Source of the DNA: Narcine bancroftii | Taxonomy: Eukaryota | Direction of reading: 5' to 3' | Assembly: GCF_036971445.1 (NCBI RefSeq) | Contig: NC_091475.1 | Coordinates: forward strand, 26,722,001 to 26,786,000 | Length of the DNA: 64,000 nt | Part shown: piece by piece, positions 26,600 to 40,440 of the stretch | Position numbering within the stretch: the stretch's first letter is position 1 | Layout of the letters: every line of letters starts with the position of its first letter | The notes under the pieces: model-generated | What the model was told of the DNA's origin: nothing | Seen by the model: only the letters and a program-made list of their open reading frames with translations | Database searches by the model: none | Translations under genes and position numbers: made by a program

Positions 26600-28840
26600 A
26601 TATACATTCTCTAATGAGGTCTGGGACTCCATTTTATTAATACTACCTCCCTTTGTGCATGACACTGTTGCAATTTAAAATACGCATGACTAAAGTTAAA
26701 TTATCTCATTTTTATCCAGATATAAATCCTATATGTGGCATATGTAAAATTGATGATGCCTCTTTGTTTCACATGTTTGGACTTGCCCTGTGTTATGGAC
26801 TCTGGACAATTTTATTTTCAGATCAGGGACAGGACTGAACCTACGGTGGGGGAAAGAGAGGGGATTGTGTGCTGCTTTGAAGAGCTGAAACAGCGCTAGG
26901 AAAACTGACAGCTGTCAGAAGCGGGAAAGCCATGTGCTGGAAGCCAGTGGGCTCACAGAGAGTGCACTGGGAGAGCTGAAGGCATTTGTTGGGACAGTTT
27001 AAGAGCCCAAATCACTGAGTTTTGAACAGGTTAGTCGGTTCGTTGGAGGGCAGCCAGTCAGATCGTTGGCCTGGGTGTGCGAGCTCACCCGGCAGCTTCA
27101 GCAAACAAGAGGCTGAGTTGCTTCATTCACGGGTGCTAGCACTGCTATTCAAAACTGTCTGTCTGTGTGCTCACCTTCAGTGGGAGAAAGGAGACTGAGC
27201 TATTTTGTCTGCGGGTGCCAGGACTGTTGTCCTGACAGCAGTTGTGTCACTAATATTATGTGTGTGTTTGTGTCCGTCCAACCTTGGCTTCCCCAGTCCC
27301 CTTCCAAGAGGAGGACTTTGTGTGACAGGAGTCACTTGACAACCCAAGACAGGGTGTTTAGAGGGGAAGACGTGTGTGACAGAAGGTCACTTGCTAACCT
27401 TAGGTGAGCTTTGGAGGCGTGAACCTCGTGTAGTGACTAGGAAGTCACTGGGTGAAAATTCCCGTGGGAAGAAATCAAAGGTGGTTGTTGCCACATTCCA
27501 AACTCAGGAAAGTCATAAGTCTACAGTGATCACGGCCATCTGTCTCCACGCCCAACTAAAAGATCAGTGTGCAACCAAAGCCTGGAGACCAGACTCTGCG
27601 AGCTGTTCCTTTTTGAGTGACAGACTTGACGTGACTGACTTGAGGTTATGCTTTGGGAGTTTTCTTTTGGGGCACATACACTTTGTAAATATCTGTTGTT
27701 AATGTAGAGTTGCCATAAAGGCTTATGTTTGGGGGTTAAGTTTATGAGGTAATTCTATTATTGCTAATTTGTTAATAAATTTTCTGTTAAACCTAATCCA
27801 TCTGTTAATGTGTCTCTCAATTGCTTCTGGTGAGGCATAAAACCTAGCCTAGAAAGATTTTGGAAAGATATTTTTCAAACATTATCAGCAATTCTCAAGT
27901 TCAAATTGGAACCTTGCCTTTTTAATTGCTCTATTCAGATCATTTCAAATGTTGATGTATTACTGACTTCAATTCAAAACCAAATTTTATCTTTTACTTC
28001 ATTGTTAGACGGACGTGCAATTTTGATTAAATGGAAAGACAATACTCCACCTATACACACACACAATGGTTAAGTGATATTATGTCTTGTTTAAGTTTAG
28101 AAAAAAATTAGATATGCCATTAAAGATGTGGGGGATCCAACTCTCAGGACAAGAATAAATTTAAGAGAGTTGTTAACTCAGCCTGCGACATCACAGACAC
28201 CAGACTTCACTCCATCGAGGATATCTACATGAGGCGGTGTCTTAAAAAAAAAAGCAGCCTCTCTCTTCAAAGACCCCCCACCACCCTGACCATGCCCTCT
28301 TCACTCTGCTACCATCGGGGTAAAGGTACTGGAGCCTAAAGACTCAGCAGCACATAGACAACTTCTTCCCCACTGCCATCAGATTCCTGAATAATCAATG
28401 AACCAAAGACACTGCCTTACTTTCCGTGCCTTATAATTGTTTTTTTATTTTATATTTATAGTAATTTTGTACGATGGTTATAATATGTATGTTTGCTCTG
28501 TGACGCTGCCTCAAAACACCGAATTTCATGGCTTGTTCATGACAATAAATTCTGATTCTGAATGGTTCAAAGGGTTACTTTCAAAAGACATGGGGCCCAT
28601 TAATGGACTATTATCATAATCTTAACAATGAGGTTTGTTCTGAAACTTTGGGGTTGTGCTGTCCATTTCCAAGTTGTTGTCACTTGATTCCTATAGGTCA
28701 ATTTTAAACCTTGCTTTGCGGTAGGGATTTTGAATTAATTTTTTTTGTTTTAGGTTTTTTTTGTGCGTTGTTAAATTTTATTTCTTTAATAGGATTGTGA
28801 GGAAAGTTTTTGTAATAATTCCTGTATTTTAAAAAGAAAA
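26600..28840 (+). mobile_element. L1 3' fragment interrupted by a solo LTR and a Rex1 3' fragment (about 28125-28560)
   Basis: L1 ORF2 zinc knuckle YPDINPICGICKIDDASLFHMF continues ..CPSLERFWKDIFQTLS after the LTR. Rex1 tail GACAATAAATTCTGATTCTGA at about 28540. Confidence 0.65.
26791..27842 (+). mobile_element. Solo LTR
   Basis: Begins TGTTATG and ends GCATAA(A)A (terminal CA mutated). TSD CCTG/CCTA. AATAAA at about 27775. Precisely splits the L1 reading frame. Confidence 0.65.
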
Positions 28841-28859
28841 AAATTCAGAAACAAAAGAG

Positions 28860-30480
28860 AGAAATGTAAGCAAACTGTGCAAAAACTATAGAAAAAAAAT
28901 TAAATATTCAGTAACAAATAATGTGCAGAGTCCTTAAATGAGTCTCTGATTGGGTCTGTGGTTTAGGAGCCTGGTGACGGAGAGTAGTAACTGTTCCTGA
29001 ACCTGGTGATACAAGCTTTGTGGCAACAATACCTCTTTCCTGATGGCAATCGTGAGAACAGAGACTATCCTGAGTGGATTCTTGATGATCGCTGCTGCTC
29101 TCCGAAGGCAGCATTTCACACGGATTATCTCTCAATAGTGGGGAGAGTTTTGCCTGTGATGTACTGAGTGGTGTCCAGTGCCTTTTGCAGGGGTTTCTGC
29201 TTAGAGGTAATGGAACCCCCATAATGGCTGTGATGCAGCACTTTACACAAGTGTGGGAGCTTGTCAAGGTTTCAGATGTCAGACCAAACCTCGACAAACT
29301 CCTGAGAAATTAGAGGCACTGACATGCTTTCTTCAAAAGGACATTACAGGGACACAATCCTTGATCTGGAGCTCTTGGGGGATAGTGTGTACCGAATTTT
29401 GGATTTTTCTGGATTTCGGAAAGCCAGATTTAAGCCCACCTGAATTGTGCTGCTGTATCCACCCCCACCCCATTCCAGTCACGCTGCCAGTCTCCCCCCC
29501 CACCTCGCCTGCCTGACTCGCGCTGGTGGTCTCCCCCACCTGCCCGACTCATGCTGCCAGTCTCTTGCCCGACCGACTCGTGCTGCCGTCTCTCTCCCCA
29601 CTTGCCAGATTTTGGAGCTTTCTGGATTTTAGATGTTCAGATAAAGGGTTGTGTATCTGTAGTATGTTGGGTCCAGGAAAGGTCTTCTGAGATAGTGACT
29701 CCAGAAATTTAAATTTGCTCACTCTCTTCACCTCTGATTCCCCCCAATGATCACTGGACTGCACACCTCTGGTTTTCCCTTCCTAAATGGATAATCAGTC
29801 TCTTAGTTTTAGTAACATTGAATGCAAGATTGTTGTTAAAACGCCAATCAACCAAGTTTTCAATCTTCCTCTTCATGGCCACTTTTTTTACATCCCTCTA
29901 TTATGGTATTGTCAATAAATTTGTCATTGATGATGTTGTTGTACTGAGCCACGCAGTCGTGGGTGTATAGCGAGTAGAGCAGGGGGGCTAAGCCTGCAGC
30001 CTTGTGGTGCTCTGGTACTGATGGTGGTGATGTTCTTACCAACTTGGAGTCTGGAGGCAAGGAAATCCAGGATCCAATTATACAGTGGGATTTTGAGGCC
30101 CAGGTGTTTGCTGATCAGTTTTGAGGGGAGGATGGTGTTGAATGCTGAACTGTAGTTGATAAAGAGCAACCTGATGTATGCATATTTAAAGTTCAGGTGT
30201 TCCAGGGTGAGATAGACCTGTTGTTGCAGTAGGCAAAGTGGAACAGATGTATGTCGCCACTCAGATAAGAACTAATGTGCGTCAACACCAGCCTTTCAAA
30301 ACATTTCATCACTGTTGATGTGAGTGCCATTGGCCGGTAATCATTTAGGCAGGTCATCACAAACTTCTTGGACACCAGTTCAATTGTGGCCTGTTTGAAA
30401 CAGGTGGGTATCACATCCTCTCTGAGTGAGATGTTGAAGATTGGCTGGCTGATCAGCACAGGTTTTCAGTATGTATTCGG
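28860..30480 (-). mobile_element. Degraded Rex1/Babar LINE
   Basis: IFNISL...IPTCFKQATI...CLNDYRPMALTSTVMKCFERLV, LFINYSSAFNTILPSKL, LYNWILDFL, LLYSLYTHDC. Confidence 0.85.
29347..29659. mobile_element. Tc1/mariner (Tigger-like) MITE nested in Rex1
   Basis: TIRs CAGGGACACAATCCTTGATCTG and (reverse complement) CAGATACACAACCCTTTATCTG, flanked by TA on both sides. Confidence 0.75.
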
Positions 30481-31454
30481 CTGGGTATGCCAAGTACTAT
30501 GTATTTCAACTCTGTCCTTTTCATAATCAATATACAGGATAAAAAAAGTGCCAAGTTTAATTTGAAACAAAAGAGAAAATATGACCATCATGTCCATGAA
30601 AGGATGGATGGGTGTAAAGGGTTAATTTGAGCATGGCTACCCCAAACCAGGGTTAAATGAAGAGCAGTGAAACACTACCATGATTGTAGCAAAACCAGAA
30701 AGGCCTGCAGCATACTTATATCTTGAAGAAGGGTTCAGGCCACAACGTATCTTTATCTCCTATGGCCACTGCAAGACCTGCTGATTTCCTCCAGCATTTC
30801 TGTGTTAAATGAAGATCAGATTGGAACAAACTGATCAAATTGAGACCATGAAAGTTTCAAGTTCCTCTAAGTAGAGCCCATATTTGGAAGGGACATATTA
30901 CAGTAGAACATGAGAAACAGAATCACAAGTAGATCTTCTTGTCCTTCATGCTTGCTGTGACTTTCAATAAGCTCCTGGCTGATCTTGTAAGTCAGCACTA
31001 CTCTCCTGCACAAACCTTCTCCACCTTGAATTCCTTGTCTGTGTCCTGAAAAAATGGAATCTGTGGAGATAAATTCCATCAAATTGGCATAGTCTGACAT
31101 CAGATGGGGGAGTGCTGCTAAATCATTTTTAGTTTGTAAAGATAGTTTGGTTCCCAGAGAAAAATGGTGTGTGTGGGATTGAACATTAATTGCTTTGTTT
31201 CATTCTGGGTTCTGAAGATGCAAAAGACAAAGATATTTATAGACTTTACAGCTGTTGTCGTAAAGTTTGACCAGGCATTAATTCCAAAAATTGAGAGAAA
31301 AGACTAATAGAAAATACACAAAATAAATAAGTTAAATACATTATAAATTGTTTCTTTGTTCAAAACATGGACATGTCTCGAAATGAGCTAATGTTAAAAC
31401 TAATGTAATTATTTTACCTAAGGTAATTTTATAATTTAATTGTTTTTCCATTTG

Positions 31455-31664
31455 CATTACAACCCCCAGGTATCTGGCACCTACGGGGCTTGGTATATGC
31501 TGAATAAGTGAATTGTCCGGTTGCTTGAGACTGCTTGTTGCATGATTATCAAACTAACAGTGAGGCACGCCAATTTTAAACCTGTTTTTTTTTTTAACTG
31601 AATTTTTCTCTACAATTTTGTGTTTGCTGATTGCTTGAGGCTGCCAGATAACAGGGTTCTACTA
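31455..31664. mobile_element. Tigger-like MITE
   Basis: Imperfect TIRs TACAACCCCCAGGTATCTGGCA and (reverse complement) TAGAACCCTGTTATCTGGCA. Confidence 0.55.
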
Positions 31665-32909
31665 CATTTTATTTCAACTGCCAAGGACAAAGAATGACTC
31701 TTCCCTGACCATTCCCCTTACAGCCTACCTTGACTAATATTTGGCTTATTATTGACATTAAAAGTACATGTTGCCATCAAGGGCATATTCATCAGAACAG
31801 TTAACCTTGAATTACACTGATTAAATATCTATTCCTTACAATCATGAGTATGAACATTTTGAATACAATTATTAGTGATAAGAAAATCTTTGCCTCACAA
31901 ATTTCTACGTTGGCTAAAGCTGAAAGGTGATGCAGTCTTTTATTTCTGATTTATAATTATACTCCACTCGGACAATTCTAATCAAAATACTTAAGTAAAA
32001 TTATAAAATACATATTTTAATACCGTGTTTTTATATTGTTTCTCCTTTTGGTGTTTTGTGCTAAAATGAATGGACTCAACTATATCTACTGATTTTTAGT
32101 AAACCAAATATGCAGTGCATATGGAACTGGTGTTCATGGTTATTGTAGTTTCCCTACAAAGATTTATGAAAATCGGAAAGAGCTCCTTAAAAGGAACACA
32201 TCACATAGTGGACATGGAATCATGCCCTGATCCAAGATTCGAGTGTTTCCTGACAGGACCATTTCATTCACCACCAGAGAAGGGCATCAGTGCTTCGTGG
32301 CCTACTCCCAGCGGCAGACACAGCAGGAATACACCAGAACATCTGGGGGAGAAAAGGTGGCAGGAAAAGTAACCGAGATTTTCAGCAAGGGTCATCCAAA
32401 ATAAATGGGCATAATAAATGAACGTAGGGAGATATCTGCCTAAGGTGGGGACTGAAGGCCTAGCAGAGGACACAATAAGAAGGGTGGAGAGGAGTGGAGG
32501 GAGAACCATCACACAATGGAGCAATGCCAAAAGAAATTTCAAGTTCTGACAGGATGTGTGAAGGTGAGCTTTACACAAAGAAAATGTGTCCTTGCTTAGT
32601 AGGAGTCATTTAAACTATTAATCCATCTGTAACTTTCACACCCAGCCATTCATAGGCCACACCCTGCTTTACCCTTCCCTCAACTTTCTACCCCTTACAC
32701 CACCTGCATTGAACTCAGGATAATGAAAAGGTGGCTCAGTGTCCCTGTACTCATTCGATGTCCCTATTTTGGGATATTGAGAGAATCAAGGAAAAGAGCT
32801 CGACACAGGAAAATGTTGTGGAGGTAGATCAGCCACGATCAATGATGAGCAGCCATCTTCCCCTTCTATTCCCCTCTCTCTGTACAGGAAGATGTGAGGA
32901 AGTAGTGTG

Positions 32910-34830
32910 TAGCATCTAGGCCTTTTCAAGTTTATTGTCTTCTCATTGCACAAGGAAAGTGTTCTCCGATCCTTGATGCAAAACATGCAGACATACAACC
33001 AGACATAACCCACATAAAGACAAACAACACATAGGCAGGACAATATTTATATAGACAAATAAATAAGTGTTGTTCATAAATACGTGAGTCTCGAAAGGTT
33101 AGTGCGAACTTTTACTTTGGCCATTCAGCATTCTCACTGCCGGTGAGAAGCATGGTGGTGCTGGCTTTGATACTCTTTCCCGATGTGTGAGGGATGGAAG
33201 GGGTCCTCAATGATCACATCAAATGGGGGGGGGGGGGGGGGGGAGAAAGGGGAAGGTTCACTCTAGTGATCCTCTCTGTCATTCTTATGGTCCTGTGGAT
33301 GGCCCTTCAATTAATTTCTTGCACCACACTGGGATGCCGCCAGCTCCTGTAGAAGGAGAACACAATGGCGGCCGATGGCCTTACCCGCTTCAGCCTTCTC
33401 AGCAAGTGCAATCACTATTATGCCTTCCTGACAAGTGAGGAAGTGTGCATCCATGATAGGTCACGTTAAGTGAACTCCAAGGAACTTGGTGCTCTCCTCT
33501 ACAGAGTTATTGATTCGTAGTGGTGGGTGGTCGTTGCTGGTCCTCCTGAAGTCTAACAGTCATCTCCATCGTCTTGTCCATGATGAATACTCAGGTTGCT
33601 ACTCTCACACAATATCATGAGATTTTCCACCTCTCATCTGTGTTGCTGATGAGGCCGACTACTGTTGTGTCAAACTTGATTACACTGTTGGTGGAGGATC
33701 TGGCAATGAAGTTTTGGGTCAGTAGCATGAATAAGAGCAGGTCGAGCACACAGTCATTTGTCAGAATGACAGTAATAGTCTAGAGTGAGTCAAGGTCAAC
33801 GGAGGATTTCAGTGAATAACCCACCCCCGGAGAACCTCAGCTGGTTCCTCTGATTGTTTTCTCTCTGTTTTGCCTGAATTTTGGAGGGCAGTTACAACAC
33901 CCACCCCCCAGCCCGTAACCCAGGACCACCAGCCTCTGGGGAATGAGCGTATTAAACATCAAACTGATCGGTGAACAAGGTGTCATTCTCCAGATGGGTC
34001 AGGACTGGGTGAAGGGACAAGGCTATAGCATCATCTGTGGAATGGTCCCCTCTTTGGGTGAATTAAAATGGGTCCAGTGTCTCTGGGAGGTGTGCTTCAG
34101 TGTGTTCAATTGCCAGATGCTCAAATTATTTAATAATAGTGGAGGTCAGTGCCCATAGCAGGAATCCTTGAAGCCTGTTATTTTTGACTCCCCCTTGGTT
34201 ACTGTGATAATGGTGGCTGTCTTGAACCCTGGGGAACAATGGACTGCTGCAGTGATGTGTTGAAGATATACATAAAGACCATATCCATAAAGATCACTGT
34301 CCATTGATCTGCACAGACCTTCAGCAATGGACCAGGTATGTTGTGTGGTCCCACTGTCTCGTGTGGGTTCACCTTGGATAGGGTTCTCTTCACCTCGGCC
34401 GTGGCTACGCAGGGGGCACTTTCATCAGGGGATGGAGCATTCTTCAGCGTCATCCTGTTCTTCTCATCAAACTGTACTTAGAAGATGTTCAGTCTGTCTG
34501 GTAGGGAGGCGTCATTAACTTGCAAGGTTGACTTGTGATCTGTTTACAGTCTTGATCCCTTGCCACATACACCTCATGTGTCGCATTGTTGTGGATCTTC
34601 TGTGCATACCCACATTTTGCCTTTCAGATTGCATGAGAGAATTCAGCTCTGGCTGATCTTAGTGCCATCATTACGAGCTCTGAGAAGGGACTGGACCTCT
34701 GCATCCAAACATGGTTTTCCCTGGTTCTGAAGCATTTGATCTCAGTGATATTCTCAATGCTCTTGCTGATGTAACCAGTCACTAGGTTTGTGTCCTCCTT
34801 GATGTTTTGGATGCTCTCCTATTTTTCAGT
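32910..34830 (-). mobile_element. Degraded Rex1/Babar LINE
   Basis: AEVKRTLSKVNPH..GPHNIPGPLLKVCADQ, IFNTSLQQSIVP. Tail resembles the reverse complement of the 8300-8460 tail. Confidence 0.75.
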
Positions 34831-34849
34831 TCATTTTATTTGAGTGGGA

Positions 34850-35610
34850 CAGTGCCTGCAGGATTTGAAGTGACTGTGAAACTAGCAGTAAGCTTTGAAT
34901 ATCATGTTCCTTTTTCTGGTTACATTTGCAGAATCAACACAGAAGCCCTGGAGAAGCCAGGTGCAAAGACCAGGTGACCAGCTTCTTAAAAAGGCAATGC
35001 ATTGTTTGATCAAGAGGCCATTTTAAGGAAGCAGCACAACAGAAATATCTCTTCTACCTCCTTTGTGGGAATGATTGTGTGGTTAGCAACAGAATGTCAG
35101 ATTTCCTTCTTTTGCTTATAGAGGTATCAGAGACCACTTTGACTGAACCATGAAAGGGGCTTTAAGATGCAGAAGAAATACTGCACTCAACTTCGACTGA
35201 ACCACAAAAAACTGCAGAAGAAGGCACTTGTCTAAAAAAAAACATTTCTCTGAAGTACCTCAACAAGGGTGTTGTGAGTAATCAACATTCTGTCACCCCC
35301 GGTGTCTTTCACCCAATTCAGGAACAGCTAACTTCATCTAAAAGCCTGTGTGTCACATCAATTTCAAACCCACATGTCATCACTGTATTTCTGAAACTGA
35401 ACTTTGAACTACCTTTCAAGAATTGAGCCTTGTATTCCACACACACCAATATCATGCAGTTAAAGTTTAAGTTAGATAACTGTATACAAATTTAGTTAAG
35501 TTTAGATAAATTAGTTAACTAACTAATAAATAATTTAAAATATTATTTTAACTGTAACACCAGCTGGGCTAATTTTTAAAATCGCTGCTGTGTATGTAAA
35601 ATTTACATGA
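34850..35610 (+). mobile_element. Degraded LTR-like remnant
   Basis: Patchy similarity to the reverse complement of the 2361 solo LTR (GAACT...CACACAC...AAGTTAG...AATAAA...TGCTG). Termini are not clear. Confidence 0.35.
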
Positions 35611-37050
35611 CCATTGTAGGGGGCCACATCCCTGAAACAGCTCCAATCCATGGTCTCATATCAGTGTTGTAGCGCTGCTGTGGCTCTCACCCACCCCCAC
35701 CCCATCCTGATTTTGCTGTGTTTTGCCAGTGGGCTGTACGTCAGGGTTAGCAGGACAGAAATGTGATCGGGGTAACCACGTTAGGTGTGCAGTGCAGACT
35801 TGTACACACCAGCACTGCTCACCCAATTCTCTGCACACAGAGGAAAATAGGGCCCACACCTAGGGAAATATCACTTAGTCTGCAATGAAAGGCATTTTGT
35901 AGGCAGATCAGGAGAGGAATCTTACAATCAGAGCCCATTTATTGGCCACACAGTTAAAGAACTTTTCCTCCTTCACATCTGCAGAGATGGTGGTCTAACC
36001 TCTAGTAGTCTTCTTTGTCTTCCTGCTGTGGTTGTTCTTCAGCCTGTGTCTCGCATTCCTGTAGGACTGGAGTCACTGCCTGAAAGGGGGCAAAAAACCG
36101 AAAATCTTGTCACATTAATTTGATGTTGCTTGTCCTTCCGTCTTCAGCTGGTGACTTTGGATGGCAAGATCATGGAGCATACAGCACACAGGATGAAGCC
36201 TTCCCATCCTGTAGAGCATCGAACCCCAAGTTGTCAATAGGGACAAACCTCTTTCTGAAATCTAAAATAAAAAGACAACTGTATCCTCTGGAAATCCCAT
36301 GAGGTTAGTTGGAACAGGAAAAACAAAAGTTGACATTTCACATCTAGAGACTTTGTCCAAACTTTTAGATATTAGAGATGACCAACACTTTAAAAGAGAA
36401 AGAATAAGCTAGAAGTGTGACAGTATATTTTACTTAGCAGGGAAGTCAGAATCCCAAAGAATCAAGGTTCTGGAACTCCTGCCTGAATGAACAGAAGAGA
36501 CAGAAACTCTTGCCACCTTCATAAAGTACTCAGATCTTCACTGGAAAAGCTGTGGCCGACAGGACCAATCATCCGAACACTGGAAGGTGGAATCAAGCAA
36601 CTCTTTTTTGATGGCATGGATGTAATGGCTGCCTTCTTTTGTTATATGTTTCTGTGATTTTTATGAACAAGTATTCACCCAAGATTCATGCAATTGGTTT
36701 GAATATTTGAAAAGCAATTACCATCATCAGTACTTCCATGCAGCACTCAGAATGAACCTGAACCCGTGACCCACATGCATAATTAGCCTACATATGGAGG
36801 TCACCAAGCTTCCAGTAGTGATCTCAATTACTAACATTAATTAATAATTCCTACAAAAATAGAACATGTATACAAGCTGAGTAACTGTGTGGAACTTGGT
36901 TATAATTTTACACTGCTTTCAATGCATAATCCAACCTTTGGATGACCAAGGAAAAGGATATTTGAAGCTCATGATCACAAACTTTGCAAAGCCCACAGAC
37001 CACAGGAAGCAATGATCTCTCTGCTGCTACGTGATTCTGAGACCTGGACC

Positions 37051-37300
37051 ATTTTTAAATTAAAAAAAAAAATTTCACACTATGAACCATATTAATAAAA
37101 ATGCACACAATCATTTCCCTCTTGAATATACACAGTGTCATTTTCTCCCTTTTTTCCCCATCTCCCTTCCCTCTCACCCCCCTTCCCACCCACTAAACAT
37201 TCAACATATACAATAAACCCATTAACCAATGTCGTCACACAATGAAAATAAACAAGAAAATTGCGTCATCTACTTTTACACACTGGGTCAGTTCATCTTG
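37051..37300 (-). mobile_element. L1-like 3' end inserted in an old RTE-like fragment
   Basis: Reverse-complement similarity to the 46390-46600 L1 3' UTR. Possible TSD GACCA. Confidence 0.55.
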
Positions 37301-37388
37301 ACCAAGCAGCTTAAAACACTGGAAAAATACCATGTCCAAATACATTTGAAGGAAAAACAAACCAATATTCTGAGCCTAACATCCCCAG

Positions 37389-37580
37389 TGTAGGCTATTA
37401 GCATCAAACCAAATGAGGCAGAGTCCAGGTAAAACACTAGTTTTAATAGACTGGTATACAGCTAGGCTTTGAGGCCTTGGTCTTGCCTCTGTACAAGCCT
37501 AGGCCAGAATGAGGGGGAAGGGATCCCCCGGGCTTATATTCTCATCTGGTGACCTAGTGGTGTAATGACATACCACCACA
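37389..37580 (-). repeat. 3' LTR (192 bp)
   Basis: TGTAGGCT...CACCACA, homologous to 41843-42049. TATA-like AATATAAG, Inr-like TCATTCT and ATTAAA on the minus strand. Confidence 0.93.
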
Positions 37581-37899
37581 TTCACCCCCCCTTAAAAACT
37601 TGCGACTGACCCTCCCCCCACCCCTGTCTCTTTGCACCCGTTCATAAGTCCTGTATTTGACGTGGTTTCCTCTTCCTTCTGGACCTATGGAGGGCTGGGG
37701 CGGGGGAGGTGGGGGGCGCCAGGGCCTGGGGGGGTCTTGGCCCTGGGAGAGGGTATGGTGCATGGGTGCAGGGCTTTCCGCTCATTGGGGTGTGTTCATC
37801 TGCCACTCTTCATGCTGCTTCATGGGGGTCCGCGACCCTCCCGCGTCGACCGTGGTTCCTTCCTGCTGATCCCCCGGAGCCCGTGGTGCTCCTGCATCA

Positions 37900-40440
37900 T
37901 CTGCCATCCCGTTCTGTCGATCTGTAGGGGTCTATAGTTCTTCTGTGCCACCCATGTCTCCTGCTGGTGCAAGGTCCCTGGTGGCCACCAAGTCTTCCTG
38001 TCCATCCTCGAATGCAACGTAGGCATAATGAAGGTTCGTGTGCCTCACTTCCACGGGCTCCACCAGCGGGTCCATCCTGTGGCATCTGCAATGCTTGCGG
38101 AGGAGGTCCGGTCCCGGTGACATCAGCTATCTAGGCAGCACGGTGCCTGTCGCGGTTTTCCTTGAGAAAGATACGATCATGTGGTGTCACGTTAGTGGCG
38201 GTACACAATAAAGAGCGTATGGAGTGCAGAGCCTCTGGTAACATGTCTTGCCACCTTGCTACTGGTAGGTCCTTTGCTTTGAAAATTAGCAGAACCGTCT
38301 TCCAGATGGTGGCGTTCTCCCTTTCTATCTGCCCATTTCCCCCTAGGGTTATAACTCGTAATGCGACTGGTCGCAATGCCTCTATCCCTGAGGTACTGTT
38401 GGACCTCGGTGTTCATGAAGGCAGCACTCCTATCTGTGTGTATATAGGAAGGGTACCCGCATAAACTGAGTATAGATTGCAGGCACTTTATTACTGTGGC
38501 TGCGGTGACATCGGGACACGGGATAGCAAAGGGGAACCATGAGTATTCGTCGATAGCATTTAGGAAATAGATGTTCCTGTCATAGGATGGGAGCGGGCCT
38601 TTGAATTCAAGGCTAAGCCGCTCGAAAGGCCTGGTAGCTTTTATTAAGGGGACGCTGTCTTGCTGGTGGAACTGCGGTTTACACTCCGCACAGATGGAGC
38701 AATCCCTGCTTACCATCCATACCTCCTCCACTGAGAACAGGAGGTTTTGGGCCCTGACAAAGTGGAAGAGCCTCGTGACTCCCGGGTGGCCCAAGCTGTT
38801 GTACAAGCTCTGCAGCTGGGACATGTGATTAAGGGCTGAACAAGTGCCCCTGGACAATGTGTCTGAGGGCTCATTGAGCCTCCCTGGACAGTATAGGATG
38901 TTGTAGCTGTACGTCGACAATTCTATCCTCCAGTGCAAGATTTTATCATTCTTTTTCTTCCCCCTGTTCTGGTTATCGAACATGAACGATAAAGGTGAAG
39001 TGTTTACAGGCCAGAAAATGTCTCCAGTGCCGCACTGCTTCCACAATGGCCTGGGCTTCCTTCTCCACTGCTGAGTGTCTTACCTCAGACCCCTGGAGGG
39101 TCCGCGAGAAAAAGGCCACTGGCTTTGATTCAGGGTGGCAGCCAACGCCACACCTGAGTCGTCGGTCTCTACCTGAAAAGGGACCGTCTCGTCAATGGAT
39201 CGCAGGGTTGCCTTTGCGATCAGATCCCTGATCTCTTTGAAGGCTTTGATAGCAGCAAGGCTGAGGGGAAAAGTTGAGGCCTTTATGAGTGGGTGGGCCC
39301 TGTTGGCGTAATTGGGGACCCACTGTGCATAGAATGCAAACAGCCCCAGACAGCTCTTTAATGTCTTTTGAGAATGAGGGATGGGGAGGTCTAGCAGTGG
39401 GTGCATGCAGGCCGGGTCCGGGCTGATTTCCCCGTTTTGCACCACATAGCCCAGGATTGCTAACTTCCTGGTGCTAAAGACACATTTATCCTTATTGTAC
39501 GTTAGATTGCGGCCCTTTGTTGCCTGAAAAAAATGTTGAAGGTTAGCATCATGGTCAGCTTGTGAGTGGCTGCAGAACGTTGTCCAGGTACGGGAACACC
39601 GCCTTTAAGTGGTTCTCATCCACTATGTGGTCCATCTCCCGCTGGAACAGGGATACCCCATTGGCGATACCAAAGGGGAGGCAGAAGAACTGGTACAAAC
39701 GCCGTGTATATCCTATCACTTTCTAATGGGCAACTGGTGGTACGCTGCCTTGAGGTCGAGAGTAGAGAACACTTTGTACTGGGCAATGCTGTTTACCATG
39801 TCTGCGATATGCGGAAGCGGGTATGCATCCTGCTGCATGAATTTGTTGATGGTCTGACTGTAGTCTAGCCTCTTTTCCCCGGACTTCACTAGCACTACTT
39901 GTGCCCTCCAGGGTCTGGAACTCTTTTCTATAATGTTCTTCTCCAGGAGTCTACGGACTTCTGCACCGATAAACTCCATGTCTTTGGGCTGTACCTCCTT
40001 GGTGGCCACCGGGGTGCAGTCAGACGTGAGGTGCATGAATAAGGGGGGGGAGGACTCTATGTTCAGGGCTGTGAGGTTGCAGTAATGCTTCCTTCTAAGA
40101 ATTAATGGGGGAAGCAGCCCATCGTGCTCCATTGTGATGCTTTTCAGTTGGCACTGAAAATCCAACTCCAGCAGCACTGGAGCACAGAGGTGTGGGAGCA
40201 CCAGCAATTTAAACTCCTCATATGCCATACCCTGGATCTCCAGAGTGACCTTGCAGAAGTGGTTGCCCTTAGTCATGTAGTTGTTAGATACCATTAGGAC
40301 TGATGGTCACTGGGGTACGTTTTTAACCCTTGGTCTATAAAGCTCTCTGTACTCCCACTATCCACTAAACAATTTATAGTAGTCCTGTTAACCTTAATAC
40401 TAACGGTCGTGTCTAATAGGTTGTGCGGAGTCGCCTGATT
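37900..40440 (-). pseudogene. Gypsy pol (PR-RT-RNaseH-IN), multiple frameshifts
   Basis: PR CLVDSGSTESFI; RT DYSQTINKF..DAYPLP, FSTLDLKAAYHQLP, PYLDN; RH PFQVETDDSGVALAATL; IN GHPG..C..C, IHTD, GNGQIEREN. Confidence 0.92.

Noticed and set aside
30720-30750. Possible hammerhead ribozyme in Penelope-like termini
   Set aside because: Core CTGANGA...GAAA is degenerate here (TTGAAGAA...CACAAC) and in the other fragments I checked; no intact ribozyme can be supported.
33224-33243. Poly-G tracts (also about 42262-42279)
   Set aside because: Homopolymer expansions inside decayed LINEs; no evidence of function.
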